A stretch of DNA of 64,000 nucleotides from an uncultured Gammaproteobacteria bacterium (GTDB lineage: Bacteria; Pseudomonadota; Gammaproteobacteria; JASBUN01): positions 931,134 to 995,133 of the forward strand of contig CAVZBR010000004.1 of assembly GCA_963773585.1 (NCBI GenBank), read 5' to 3'. The position numbers and the translations under genes were made by a program. The notes under the pieces were generated by a model. That model had not been told where the DNA came from. It did no database searches and was given only the letters and a program-made list of their open reading frames with translations. Position 1 is the first letter of the stretch. The number at the start of each line of letters is the position of its first letter. Shown one piece after another: positions 41,413 to 52,400 of this stretch.

Positions 41413-43872
41413 CTAAAACGCGTAGCGTGCCGTGAGCGCAAAGGTCTGATTGATGAACTGCTCTCGGAACTCGGCATCGTAGTGCGCGAACAGTTCCACG
41501 CCGCTTGTGGTTCTGTGCGATGCACCGAACCCGACTCGGCCGATCCAGGGGCTCGAGTGGGCGCCACGGGTGGTGAATCGGACTCCGGGGGCTCCGGCAT
41601 AGGCTGCGTTGACGGTGGTGCGTTCATTGATTGCATCGTAGCCGATTCCAACGTCGCCACTGATCGCACTGCGGCGGTCGAAGCGGTAGCGCCCCTGTGC
41701 CTCCAGGCTCAACAGCAACTCTTCGGTTTTCGCGCTGTCGACGTCTAGATTGATTGGGCCGGCGCCTGCTTCTGAATAGGCGTCATTCTTGATGCGGGTG
41801 TAGTCGATGCGCAGCGACGGGCGCACTTGCGCCTGCTGGTTCAAGTCATAGCGGCGCCCGATTCCAGCGCCGGCGTGGGCCGTGTGGCTGTCATACTCGG
41901 AGCTGGCGATGCTCGAGGCAAAGCTGACTTGACGGTGAGCTTCGGTAGTGTACTTACCGACGTCCGCCTGGAAGTCGACACTGGTGTACTCATCCAGGCT
42001 CATGCGTCCATAGCCGATCAGCTGGTAGAAGTCGAGCGTGGCGTCTTGCGGCGCAACCGCCGACTTGCTTTCGAGCTCTGTCTTTGCATATGCCCCCGCG
42101 ACACCCAGGCGCACCGAATCCGAAGCCGCTGTATCGGCGCCCAGCGCGGCACCGTAGGTGCGGGCGTCAAAGCCGGGTACCCCGCCGAGGGAGTCTTGAT
42201 CTGCCCACGATCCAAACGGCTTGATCCAGACCCGCTTGTCCGCGTTCTTCTTTTCGGTGCTCGACAGTCCAACCACATCGTCCAATCTGGATCGGATGCT
42301 TCGGTTGACGCTGCGCATGGCGCTTCGACTCGCAACGGCGATCCCACGCGCCATTGCCGGCAGGCTTTGGCTGACCGCGTCGGAGACCTGCTGCGAGCTG
42401 GTGAGTGCCAGAAACTGGCGGGACAGTTCGCTGCTCGGTGAACTAGAAATCACGGTGTCGAGCGCGGCAGCCGCACCTGTTGCCATCGTGTTGCCGGTGG
42501 CCATGACGGCGTCTGTGACCCCGGTGTACCCGGCGGCGCTGAGTGTCAGGTCCACGGAGTCGCCATCCTTGACGGCATTGAAATTGAACAGGGTGGAGTT
42601 GTCGGTGACCGCGAACGTTCCGTCCGATGCCAACGTGCCGGCCACGATGATGTCTTGGAGCCGTGTCGCGCTGAAGATATAGCCCGGATCAGCGACATTC
42701 ACGTCGATCCTTGCATTACTTGGCAGGGTCGCCGTGCCGGTAACGACCAGTTGCGAGTAATTGGAACCGTCCGCGACGTTGGTTCGTAGGACCCCGTTCA
42801 CGGACTGCACGTAGTTCCCGCTGATAGTGCTCGAAGTCCCCGACCCCGCGAGTGTCGTAACGCCCGGGCTCGGCACGGAAAGTGTTCCGCCGTTGGTAAA
42901 GGTAGTAGCGGTGACGGTATGGGCCATCGACAGCAAGCCGCCGGACGCGATGTTGAAAGTATCTACGCTGACTGTGCCCTCGGTGGTGAACGTCCCGTTT
43001 ACATTGACCGCGGAGCCGGTAGATCCGCTCACGGGTCCGGTGATGCGACCCGACGTACCGTTGAGATTCAACGTGGCAGTGTTGAGTGACACCGCGCCGT
43101 CAATAAGTCCGGTATTGGTGATACCGTTGGTAACCGTTGCGTTGGGGTTGACCGAAATGGCCGCGCCCGCGCCGGTGTTGCGTATGATGCCGTTGTTCGT
43201 GAAGCTGGAAAGTACATCGGCATCGGCGCCATCGCCGATCTGGACTGCTTCTATCCCCGATGCGCCATTGGTCACGATGGTGCCATCGTTCACGAAGTCT
43301 CCGCCGGAAGCGACGTTGAGATATCCGATGACTACGCCGTGTCCTGTGTTGGACTTGATCAACCCGGTGTTGCGCACGCTGGTCGCATTGTTATAGATCA
43401 CCGCGGACGAGCTTCCGGTGTGCTCAATCGTGCCGGAGTTCAAAAAAGTGCCGACGGTTCCGTACGAAAGGAATGAGGCAATCCCATTCGTGTTGCTCTG
43501 AATCAATCCGCTGTTGCTGAAGCTGGTGATCGTGCTTGAGGTTGTGACGTAAATTGGATTTCCGGTGTCGCCGATGATGGTCCCGAAGTTCGTCAGATCG
43601 CCAAGGGTTGCGCCTCCGTATATGTAGATCGTACGGAAGTCGTTATCCATTATGGTGTCGCCGGCCTGGATTGTCAGACTCGTGGCTCCGCCATTGGTGG
43701 CATCGATATTGAGCAGGTTCGAAGCGTTGGTGCCGGTGAGATCGCCGCTGGTGGAGTAGCTGGTGCCGACATCGGCGCCGTTCAGATACACATCTGCGCT
43801 TGCGACAGGAGTCAGGATCCCGAGCGATACAGGTAATAGCCACTGCAGTTTTCTGATATTGAGTTTTGTCAT
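41413..43872 (-). CDS. Autotransporter (type Va) with repetitive beta-helical passenger and C-terminal beta-barrel
   Basis: Signal peptide 'MTKLNIRKLQWLLPVSLGILTPVASA', a Gly/Thr/Asn-rich passenger and the terminal '...FALTARYAF' barrel signature. Confidence 0.8.
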   Translation of the reverse strand: MTKLNIRKLQWLLPVSLGILTPVASADVYLNGADVGTSYSTSGDLTGTNASNLLNIDATNGGATSLTIQAGDTIMDNDFRTIYIYGGATLGDLTNFGTIIGDTGNPIYVTTSSTITSFSNSGLIQSNTNGIASFLSYGTVGTFLNSGTIEHTGSSSAVIYNNATSVRNTGLIKSNTGHGVVIGYLNVASGGDFVNDGTIVTNGASGIEAVQIGDGADADVLSSFTNNGIIRNTGAGAAISVNPNATVTNGITNTGLIDGAVSLNTATLNLNGTSGRITGPVSGSTGSAVNVNGTFTTEGTVSVDTFNIASGGLLSMAHTVTATTFTNGGTLSVPSPGVTTLAGSGTSSTISGNYVQSVNGVLRTNVADGSNYSQLVVTGTATLPSNARIDVNVADPGYIFSATRLQDIIVAGTLASDGTFAVTDNSTLFNFNAVKDGDSVDLTLSAAGYTGVTDAVMATGNTMATGAAAALDTVISSSPSSELSRQFLALTSSQQVSDAVSQSLPAMARGIAVASRSAMRSVNRSIRSRLDDVVGLSSTEKKNADKRVWIKPFGSWADQDSLGGVPGFDARTYGAALGADTAASDSVRLGVAGAYAKTELESKSAVAPQDATLDFYQLIGYGRMSLDEYTSVDFQADVGKYTTEAHRQVSFASSIASSEYDSHTAHAGAGIGRRYDLNQQAQVRPSLRIDYTRIKNDAYSEAGAGPINLDVDSAKTEELLLSLEAQGRYRFDRRSAISGDVGIGYDAINERTTVNAAYAGAPGVRFTTRGAHSSPWIGRVGFGASHRTTSGVELFAHYDAEFREQFINQTFALTARYAF

Positions 43873-44354
43873 TTCTCACGCTCGGTGATGGTCGGTATCA
43901 GAACGGTGTTGTGAAGCCCGTTCCTGAATGAAAATACCTGGTGGTGCTCTTCATTAAGAGAGGAAATTACGGGGAACTACATAGCCAGTGCAGTGGTTGT
44001 AACGACCAAGGCGCCGAAATGTTGAACGAAGTTTGTGGCCGGTTTAAAACGTGGTGAGCGTCATGCTTGAGCGCGATTAACCCTTAAATATAAGAGCGAA
44101 TATAATGTGGAAAGAAAGAACGTAATCGGAACGTGATTGACGCAACGTAAAACCGGGGACGCCCGTCGGCGGACTCCGGCCAAGTTGCACGAATATTCGC
44201 CTGACGTCGTAAAGGGAAGCGCAGGGAACGGGATATCGATTTTTTCCGTAGAGTAAGGGTGCCGGAGAGAAAAAGGGCAGATCGATTTTTGGAAGCTCGA
44301 TCTGCTGGAAAATTAACCCGTTACTTTTTTCCTTTTCCGAATGCTTGCATACCC

Positions 44355-45656
44355 TTATTTCCCCGCAACCCGGTCGCGCCCCTCGGCCTTGGCCTCATAC
44401 AGTGCACGGTCTACGCGGTTCAATATACTTTCGCCGCCTGCATCGTGGGCGTGCATTTCGGCGACACCGATACTAACGGTGATGCTGAACGTTCGTTGTG
44501 AACTGGGCACGCGGGCACCGGCCACTGCCCGGCGAAGGCGTTCGGCGATCTGGCTGCCTTCTGCAAGGTCGGTTTCGGGTAGCAAAATGGCAAATTTTTC
44601 GCCACCCATGCGAGCGAAATGGTCTGTATCGCGTAACAGCGGGCGAATCGCATCCGCGGACGACCGCAGAGCCGAGTCACCAGCCTCATGTCCGTAGCGG
44701 TCATTCACCGCTTTGAAATGATCCAGGTCCATCATCAATATCGTGAGCGGGTGTTCATATCGGCGAGCGCCTCGATATTCCTCCGCCAGTGCGTCCATGA
44801 GCGCGCGCCGGTTCGAAGTGAGGGTGAGCGTGTCGGTCCACGCAAGCCGCTGCAACTCTTCGGTCATTCGTTCGCGTGCGGTAACATCCCGGTAGAACCA
44901 GATTCGGCCCCATTAGGTGCCATGGGAATTCCGCAGTCCACGGGAATAGCGTTCGAAAACGCGACCGTCCCGCATCTCGAAGCGATAACTGGGCTCGTCC
45001 CGATCCAGGTGCTCGTAGAGTTCCAGGACTCGGGCGATAAACCCTTCCGCATTCTGCAGCTGGTTTCGCACCGCGGCAAGTGCACCCACCCCGTCACCGG
45101 CCTCCAGCACCGACTCGGGTATGTCCCAGATCTCCAGGAAGCGACGATTCCACGTCTTCATATGATTGTCGGCGTCGACCACCAGAATTCCGTCCGGCGA
45201 TTCGTCCAGGTAGGCGCTAAGCACGGTCGACTGATATCGAGTCTCGAGTTCCAAATGAACCGTGCGGCTGATCTCGAATGAAATTCCGAGCAGGCGGAAC
45301 ACTCGGCCTGTGGAGTCCATGTAAGGCACCAGAGTGGTGCGCCAATAGGTGGTGGTGCCGATGGGAAGATTCAGCGCCTCCTGGTAGTCGATCGCCGTGC
45401 GCTCGCGGACACAACGGCGGTAGTTGGCTTGGACGCCTTGGGCCGTTTCCGGTGGAAGAATCTCGTCGACCCGGCGACCGCCGACTTCAGCGTGGCGCAG
45501 GCCCGCCATTTGCTCGTGGCGTTCATTGATTGCAGCCCACCGGAACTCGCCGTCAGTGTCTACGTCGATGATGAACGCGACAACGCCCAAGTGATCGATG
45601 CTGCGTCGCAGCTCGTCTGCGTTTCGGCTTTCGAAGGGTCCTCTCACATCCACCAC
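44355..45656 (-). pseudogene. PAS-PAS-GGDEF diguanylate cyclase interrupted by a single in-frame TAA
   Basis: The PAS ORF (44913-45656) and the GGDEF ORF (44355-44867, with GGEKF and RxxD motifs) are in the same frame. They are separated only by a stop at 44913-44915: '...RGLRNSHGT*WGRIWFYRDVTARERMTEELQ'. Confidence 0.7.
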
Positions 45657-46371
45657 GGCCAGTGTTGATGCCTCGTCTTTATAATTCCTATCATTGGTGT
45701 AGGGCTGTGTTGATATGGATCCATTGCAGCCGAAAAGTTGGTGCTATCCGACTAGTTCCGATAGGGGGAGGCGAGAACCGTTTACGAGGGGCCTGGTGAT
45801 CACGGGTAAGGAAAGGCAGGTTGTAAGCCTTCAGTCGCGAAGAACTGCCATGCCAAGAAAATCAAGCGTGTACTAGCACATAGGCTTCGATCAGGTGTGC
45901 GCGACCCGGTCGCATGCGCTACGTCGACGAGATCGCGTTCATTCTCGGGCGGCGTGTCGAGGACCAGGGGCCCCCAAGCCCAAACGGATAGGGTTCGAGC
46001 TGGAGAAATAAATCTGATATAGCCTTGGGATCTGAACAAACACGTGGCCGCGCGGGGGAACTGAGCTTTTTCTGGGACGGCTTGCCGTCAGGGGCGATGC
46101 AACACCATGAGCATACCGCGATCGCCTTGATCCCGATGGGTGTCTGTTACGTTTCGGAGACGAAACAGGCGATTGAATGATAATTCAGGTGCACACTTGG
46201 CAACCGGCAGATTCAATTAGACGGCGGCAACGTCAGGCAAATACCCGTGCCACTTGACCGGGGTCGGTTAATGCGCGGTCCGTTCTCTCATTTCTCGTTT
46301 CTCCTGGCGCACCTTTTTCGCGCTTGGGCGTGCCACCCAGCAGACCCCTGATCCGCGGCCTTTTCGCCGAG

Positions 46372-46815
46372 TCATTCGCCGATTCGGATTGCCAGAACGT
46401 CGCAACCGGCATGATGCAGCACATTCGTGCTGGCGGAATTCAGCCAAGTGGCCAGCCCGTGCCGGCCATGGGCGCCGATCACGAGGAGATCTACCGCGTG
46501 ATCCTGTGAATACCGCAGGATTTCCCGTACGGGCGACTTGACGTCCATGACCACTGCAGTCTGCGCGTGCTCCCGGCCGAGCGCGCGCGCAAGTTCAAGA
46601 AGCGCCTGGTGCGCGCGCGTGCGCAAGAACTCGGCAGCAGGAATGTCTGGAGGCTCGAGCCATTCGACAGCCAGATCGTCGATGGAATAGTCCACGACGT
46701 GGAGCAGGGTGAGGTTCGCGTCGTAACGTTGGGCGATATCGACCGCTCGCACCGAAGCTGCGTCGGCATCGTCCGAAAGATCGGTGGCCAGCAGGATGTG
46801 TCGGTATGGCTCCAT
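46372..46815 (-). CDS. Universal stress protein (UspA family)
   Basis: 'MEPYRHILLATDLSDDADAASVRAVDIAQRYDANLTLLHVVD...' and C-terminal 'GAHGRHGL...LHHAGCDVLAIR'. Confidence 0.8.
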   Translation of the reverse strand: MEPYRHILLATDLSDDADAASVRAVDIAQRYDANLTLLHVVDYSIDDLAVEWLEPPDIPAAEFLRTRAHQALLELARALGREHAQTAVVMDVKSPVREILRYSQDHAVDLLVIGAHGRHGLATWLNSASTNVLHHAGCDVLAIRIGE

Positions 46816-47145
46816 GTCCAAAAGCCTGAGATATCCCTGACTGTGAAAGGGACGCGACTGATGCCGATGCCGAACCGCGTTCAGCGTCTTTAAGCATAGT
46901 CCGTCGTCGCGTGGCCCGCGTCTTCTGCCTCAAGGCGCCATTGAAATCCAGTGAAATCCAATCAGTTCTCCGCGACGCCGGCCGGTCATGCGGGCGGGTC
47001 AGGACGCCAGACTGCAGTCCAGACGGTCCAGCGCGTGATTTGCGCACTTGCGGGCCTATTGGACCGTCAGTTTCCACACTGGCTGTACCACCTGTCCCGT
47101 GCCATGCTCTGATCACGAACTGTACATTCCTAAAGGGCGGAGAGA

Positions 47146-48942
47146 ATGCGCAACGCCCAACAAGACTTACGCGTGTTCGCGGACGAATCCCTTTTGCGGC
47201 AGGCGCTGCTCGCCGTGGTCGTAGGGCTGGTCGCTGGCCTGGGGGCGGTGGTCTTTCGGGCGCTGATCGCGGTTTTTCATAACCTTTTCTTCTTTGGCAG
47301 GTTTTCCTTTTCTTACGACACCAGCTTGCACACCCCCCCGAGCGCATGGGGTGCGGGGGTGATACTGGTACCCGTCGCCGGTGCGGCATTCGTCGCCTTT
47401 CTGGTGAAGACGTTCGCGCCGGAAGCCAAAGGGCATGGCATGCCAGAAGTTGTGGAGGCTGTGTACTATCGAAAAGGCGTGATCCGTCCCGTGGTCGTGG
47501 CCGTGAAATCGCTGGCGTCATCCATATCCATCGGTTCCGGCGCTGCAGTAGGCCGTGAAGGACCGATTATCCAGATCGGGTCAGCGTTTGGCTCCATACT
47601 CGGACAGCTCTTGCGGCTTTCCGAGTGGCAGCGCATCACGCTCATTGCCGGCGGTGCAGGCGGTGGCATCGCCGCAACCTTCAATACGCCCATCGGCGGA
47701 TTGTTGTTCGCTGCCGAACTGATACTCCCAGAAATCAGCGCGCGCACCATGATACCGGTGGCGATCTCCACCGTCTCGGGCGCATTCATCGGGCAAGCCT
47801 TTTTCGGTGTGCATCCGTCGTTCACTATCCCTGCGCTGACTTTGATGCCCGCACACCTGACTGCGTTGAACGTGTTGGGAGCCTATCTTGTCCTCGGTGC
47901 GATTCTGGGTCTGGTGAGCGTGGTGTACATTCGTGCTATTTATTGGTTCGAAGACGTCTTCAACGGGATCCCGGGAGGCTATTACGTGCGCCACATGTCG
48001 GGGATGGCGCTGGTCGGAGTCATGATGTACTTGTTCATGCATTATGCCGGGCATTACTACGTGCAAGGCGTCGGCTACGCGACAATACAGGACGTGCTGA
48101 ATCAGACCTCGATCAGCCCCATCCTGCTCCTGTTACTGTTCGGTGCAAAATTACTAGCCACGTCTTTGTCGTTGGGGTCCGGGGCATCAGGAGGCATATT
48201 TTCGCCTTCGCTATTCATGGGCGCCGTGCTGGGTGGCGCGTACGCTTTGCTGATATCGCAGGTCGTACCTGGATTGAGCCTCGACCCGACCAATACTGCG
48301 ATCATCGGCATGGCGGCGCTGGTGGCCGGGGCGACGGGCGCTGTCATCACATCGATCGTCATGATTTTCGAAATGACGCGCGACTACTATGTGATCGTAC
48401 CGCTTATGGCCGCCGTATCGGTTGCCTACGGCATCCGACGCGTATTTATGATGGACAGCATCTACACACTGAAGCTGAGGCGGCGGGGGCACTTTTTGCC
48501 GGACTCTTTGCATACGCCAGTCTACATGTTGCGCACGGCAGAGGACGTGTTAAGCGTGCCCACGCTTCGAGTCAACCACGGCGACGAGGGCCGATCGCTG
48601 CAGCGGCAAATGCGCAAGGCCACAAGGCGGCCGCATCTGCTCGTGTTGAATGCCGGCCAGATCATGGGCATCGTTTCGTCCGAAGACATTCCACGCGACG
48701 TGTTTCTCGGGCGTGCGGCTATAAACTGGAGTGGCCTCGTGCGGTCGAACTTTGTAATCGCGGCAAAAGATGAAATGATGTTCGACGTCGTCGGCAAAAT
48801 GCGCGCAGCCGAGTCCGATCTCGTGCTCGTCACCCGCGAGGGAACTCTGAACGAGGGCGACGATGTGATCGGCGTCTTGACCTGGGGTGATATCGTGCGC
48901 CTAAGCAACCTCCCGGCTCACCTGGTAGCCCCACCGGCGTAG
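47146..48942 (+). CDS. ClC-family voltage-gated chloride channel / H+-Cl- antiporter with C-terminal CBS pair
   Basis: 'GSGAAVGREGP' selectivity-filter motif, 'GHGMPEV', multiple TM helices, and two CBS-like segments at the C-terminus. Confidence 0.85.
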   Translation: MRNAQQDLRVFADESLLRQALLAVVVGLVAGLGAVVFRALIAVFHNLFFFGRFSFSYDTSLHTPPSAWGAGVILVPVAGAAFVAFLVKTFAPEAKGHGMPEVVEAVYYRKGVIRPVVVAVKSLASSISIGSGAAVGREGPIIQIGSAFGSILGQLLRLSEWQRITLIAGGAGGGIAATFNTPIGGLLFAAELILPEISARTMIPVAISTVSGAFIGQAFFGVHPSFTIPALTLMPAHLTALNVLGAYLVLGAILGLVSVVYIRAIYWFEDVFNGIPGGYYVRHMSGMALVGVMMYLFMHYAGHYYVQGVGYATIQDVLNQTSISPILLLLLFGAKLLATSLSLGSGASGGIFSPSLFMGAVLGGAYALLISQVVPGLSLDPTNTAIIGMAALVAGATGAVITSIVMIFEMTRDYYVIVPLMAAVSVAYGIRRVFMMDSIYTLKLRRRGHFLPDSLHTPVYMLRTAEDVLSVPTLRVNHGDEGRSLQRQMRKATRRPHLLVLNAGQIMGIVSSEDIPRDVFLGRAAINWSGLVRSNFVIAAKDEMMFDVVGKMRAAESDLVLVTREGTLNEGDDVIGVLTWGDIVRLSNLPAHLVAPPA

Positions 48943-49411
48943 GCGGCGACCCCGCGGAGTATGCGTAAAGAACACGGCTGGGGTGACCTCCGCTTTCGCC
49001 GTCTTCCACGCCTTCAGAAAATCGCGATTTCATCGGTGTCGTGCGGCGTCATCACCCACCATTCAATTTTGCCAGATTCCGCGCCAGAACGGATCGGCAG
49101 TCAGATAATGGGAGAGTTGGGAGACCGCGAAGACGAGCTCGAAGCACGGCGCATACGGCCTTGCCACGTATTCGTGTCGAATCGCGCGTCCATGAATCTC
49201 TCTGATGTACCGAGATCCCGCAGTCTAGCAGCCCGACCACACCGCCCGTTTCCGCGCGAGGCCGCGTCATCCTGACCGGCGCTGCGCCACTGAAGTTAGG
49301 CTCAAGTCAAGCGCAGTATCGCGCCGCGATGCGGTCATATTCCGCTAAAGCATTCGCGCTCCGGGTCGAAGAGATGTCCGGTCTCATGTACATTTCCCGG
49401 AAGACATCCGC

Positions 49412-52400
49412 GTGATCAATTCTAAATGCGCCTGGCCGGCGTTGAAACAAGCCGCGACCTGCAACCCGGTCATTCCGTTCCTGCTCGTATTCTTATTGGC
49501 AATAGCGATGGGGTTGTCAGCCTTCGATCACGCGGGCCAACCAACCCATAAGACCAGCCGCGCCCGGAGCGTGTTGTTCGTGGATGCTGCTGTCGAGGAT
49601 TCGCAGCAGCTTGCGTCCGCTGTGAGCGCAGGGGTGGATGTGATCCGCTTGCGCGGCGATCGCGACGGTGTGCAGCAGATCGCCGCGGCGCTCGCCACCT
49701 ATCGCGACCTCGATAGCGTGCAGATCGTTTCCCACGGTGCGCCAGGCGAAGTTGCCCTGGGTTCGAGCCGCTTGACCGGTGACAACGCCGAACGCTACCG
49801 CGCGGCGTTGCAGACCTGGGGCCGGGCACTAAATGACCGCGGTGGGCTCGCGTTGTACGGCTGTAACGTCGCCAAAGACAGCGCCGGCGCGCGCTTCCTG
49901 GAGCAGCTGCATCGGTTAGCGGGTGTAGCAGTCGCCGCATCCACCGACGCCACCGGTTCCACCGCGATGGGCGGCAACTGGACGCTGGAAACGCAGACCG
50001 GGCCGATGTTCGTAGCCGAAGCAATCAGCGACCAGGCGCAAGCGAGCTACAGCCATCTACTGGCGTTGCCAGCCAACGGTACGCAGGACATCGCCGATAC
50101 GATGGCCAACGGGAGCCCGTCGCTGAACTATTTCGTATCCGGCTTTACGTTTACGAATAATTCCGGCTACAGCCTTTGGGGTGATAACTTCACCCCCGGC
50201 GCAAACGGATTCTATTTGACAGACTCCGCGACGGGAGGGACCGCAACCTTCACGGTTGCCGCGGACGGCACCAATCTCGGCAGCTTCGACCTGACGGGCC
50301 TGACGCTGGTCGACAATAGCGGCTCGATCAATATCGACTTCACGGTCACGGGATACAAGCGCGGCGGTGGCACGGTGGCGACCACCTTCACGGACTCGTA
50401 CAGCGCGGGCGGCCCCATTTCGGGCGGAGATTACAGCGCATTCACCGATATCACCGGCTTTCAAGTCACGTATACGGCCTCCTCCAGCGATTACGTGCGC
50501 CAAATCACCTTCGATAAATTCATCATCGCCAACGCCACCGCGCCTGCGCCCAGGGTGACCGATGCCAACATCAGTATCAGCGGTGCCACCGGCACCGGCG
50601 GTGCGTACAAGATCGGTGATACCGTCACCGCCACCTGGAACAATACCGCGGGCGGTGACAACAACTCGGGTATCACCGGCGTCACAATGAATTTCAGCGC
50701 CTTCGGCGGCGGTTCGGCGGTCGCGGCCTCGAACAGTTCCGGCACCTGGATCGCGACCTATACCGTTGCCGCGGGCGCCATCGACGGCACCAACAAAAAC
50801 GTCTCCGTAACGGCGACCAACAGCGCCGGCAGCACTACCACGACCGATACCACCAATGCGACGCTGGATAACGCTGCGCCGACCGTGACCGACGGCAACG
50901 TCAGCATCTCCGGTGCCAGCGGCATCGGCGGCGCATTCAAAATCGGCGACACCGTCACCGCCACCTGGAACAACACTGCCGGCGGCGATAACAATTCCGA
51001 CACCATCAGCAGTGTAACCGTGAATTTCTCCGCCTTCGGCGGTGGTTCGGCAGTTTTTGCGTCGAACAGCGCGGGTACGTGGACGGCAACCTATACCATT
51101 ACCGCGGGCGCCATCGACGGCACCAACAAGAACATCTCGGTCACGGCAACGGACAACGCCGGCAATAGCACCACCACTGCCGACAGCACCAACGCCGCGC
51201 TGGACAACGTCGCGCCGACCGTGACCGACGCCAACATCAGCATTTCCGGCGGCACCGGCACTGGCGGCGCCTATAAAATCGGCGATACCGTTACCGCGAC
51301 CTGGAACAACACTGCCGGCGGCGACAACAACACAGACACCATCAGCGGTGTGACCGTGAACTTCTCCGCCTTCGGCGGCGGTTCGGCGATTTCCGCGTCG
51401 AACAGCGCCAGCACTTGGACCGCGACTTATACCATCACCGCAGGTGCCACCGCCGGCACGAACAGGAACGTCAGCGTTACCGTCAGCGACAACGCGGGCA
51501 ACAGCACCACCACCGCGGACACCAGCAACGCCACCATCGTGACCACCCCAACGGTTACCGGCATTTCGCCGTCGAGCGGCCCGACCACAGGCGGTACGTC
51601 GGTCATCATCACCGGTACCAACTTTAGCGGTGCGTCCTCGGTCACCATCGGCGGTAGCGCCGCCGGCGCCATGACGGTGTTGGACGCCAACACGATCTCC
51701 GCGACCACGCCGGCCGGCACCGCGGGCGCCCGGGACGTGTCCGTGACCACCACGGGTGGAACCGGTACCGGTAGCGGCCTGTTCACTTATGCGAATGATC
51801 CGACGGTGACCAGCGTCAGCCCCAACATCGGCTCCGCCGGCGGCGGGACGGCGGTGACCATCAGCGGTACCGGATTCACGGCTGTATCTTCGCTCACCAT
51901 GAATGGCACGGCCATGAGCGGGATGACCGTTGTGAACGACACCACGATCACCGCGACGACACCCAGCGGCACCGGCTCGGCGACGATCGACATCACGGCC
52001 GCCGGCGGCAGCGCCTCCGTGGCAGGCCTGTTTACCTATGCTACGGCCCCGGGCGCACCCACCGCTGTGACCGTGACCGCGGGCAACGCCCAAGCGATCG
52101 TGAGCTTTACCGCCCCGTCATCCAACGGCGGCAGCGCCGTCACTTCGTATACCGCGACCTCGAGTCCCGGCGGCCTCACCGGCAGCTGCGCCGGACCCGC
52201 GGCGTGCAACACCACGGTCAGCGGTCTGACCAACGGCGTTAGCTATACCTTCACCGTGACGGCGACCAATGCCATCGGCACGGGCTCCGCATCCACTGCG
52301 AGTGCGGCGGTGAAACCGGCGCCCATGCCCACCGTGACCACAATCAGCCCGAACTACGGCGCCACGGCGGGCGGTACCGCAGTCACCATCACCGGCACCA

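Noticed and set aside
48961-49275. 104-aa ORF between the ClC gene and the giant adhesin gene
   Set aside because: It has poor coding composition, Arg/Ser-rich low-complexity sequence and no motifs. It is likely promoter or leader sequence for the adhesin gene.
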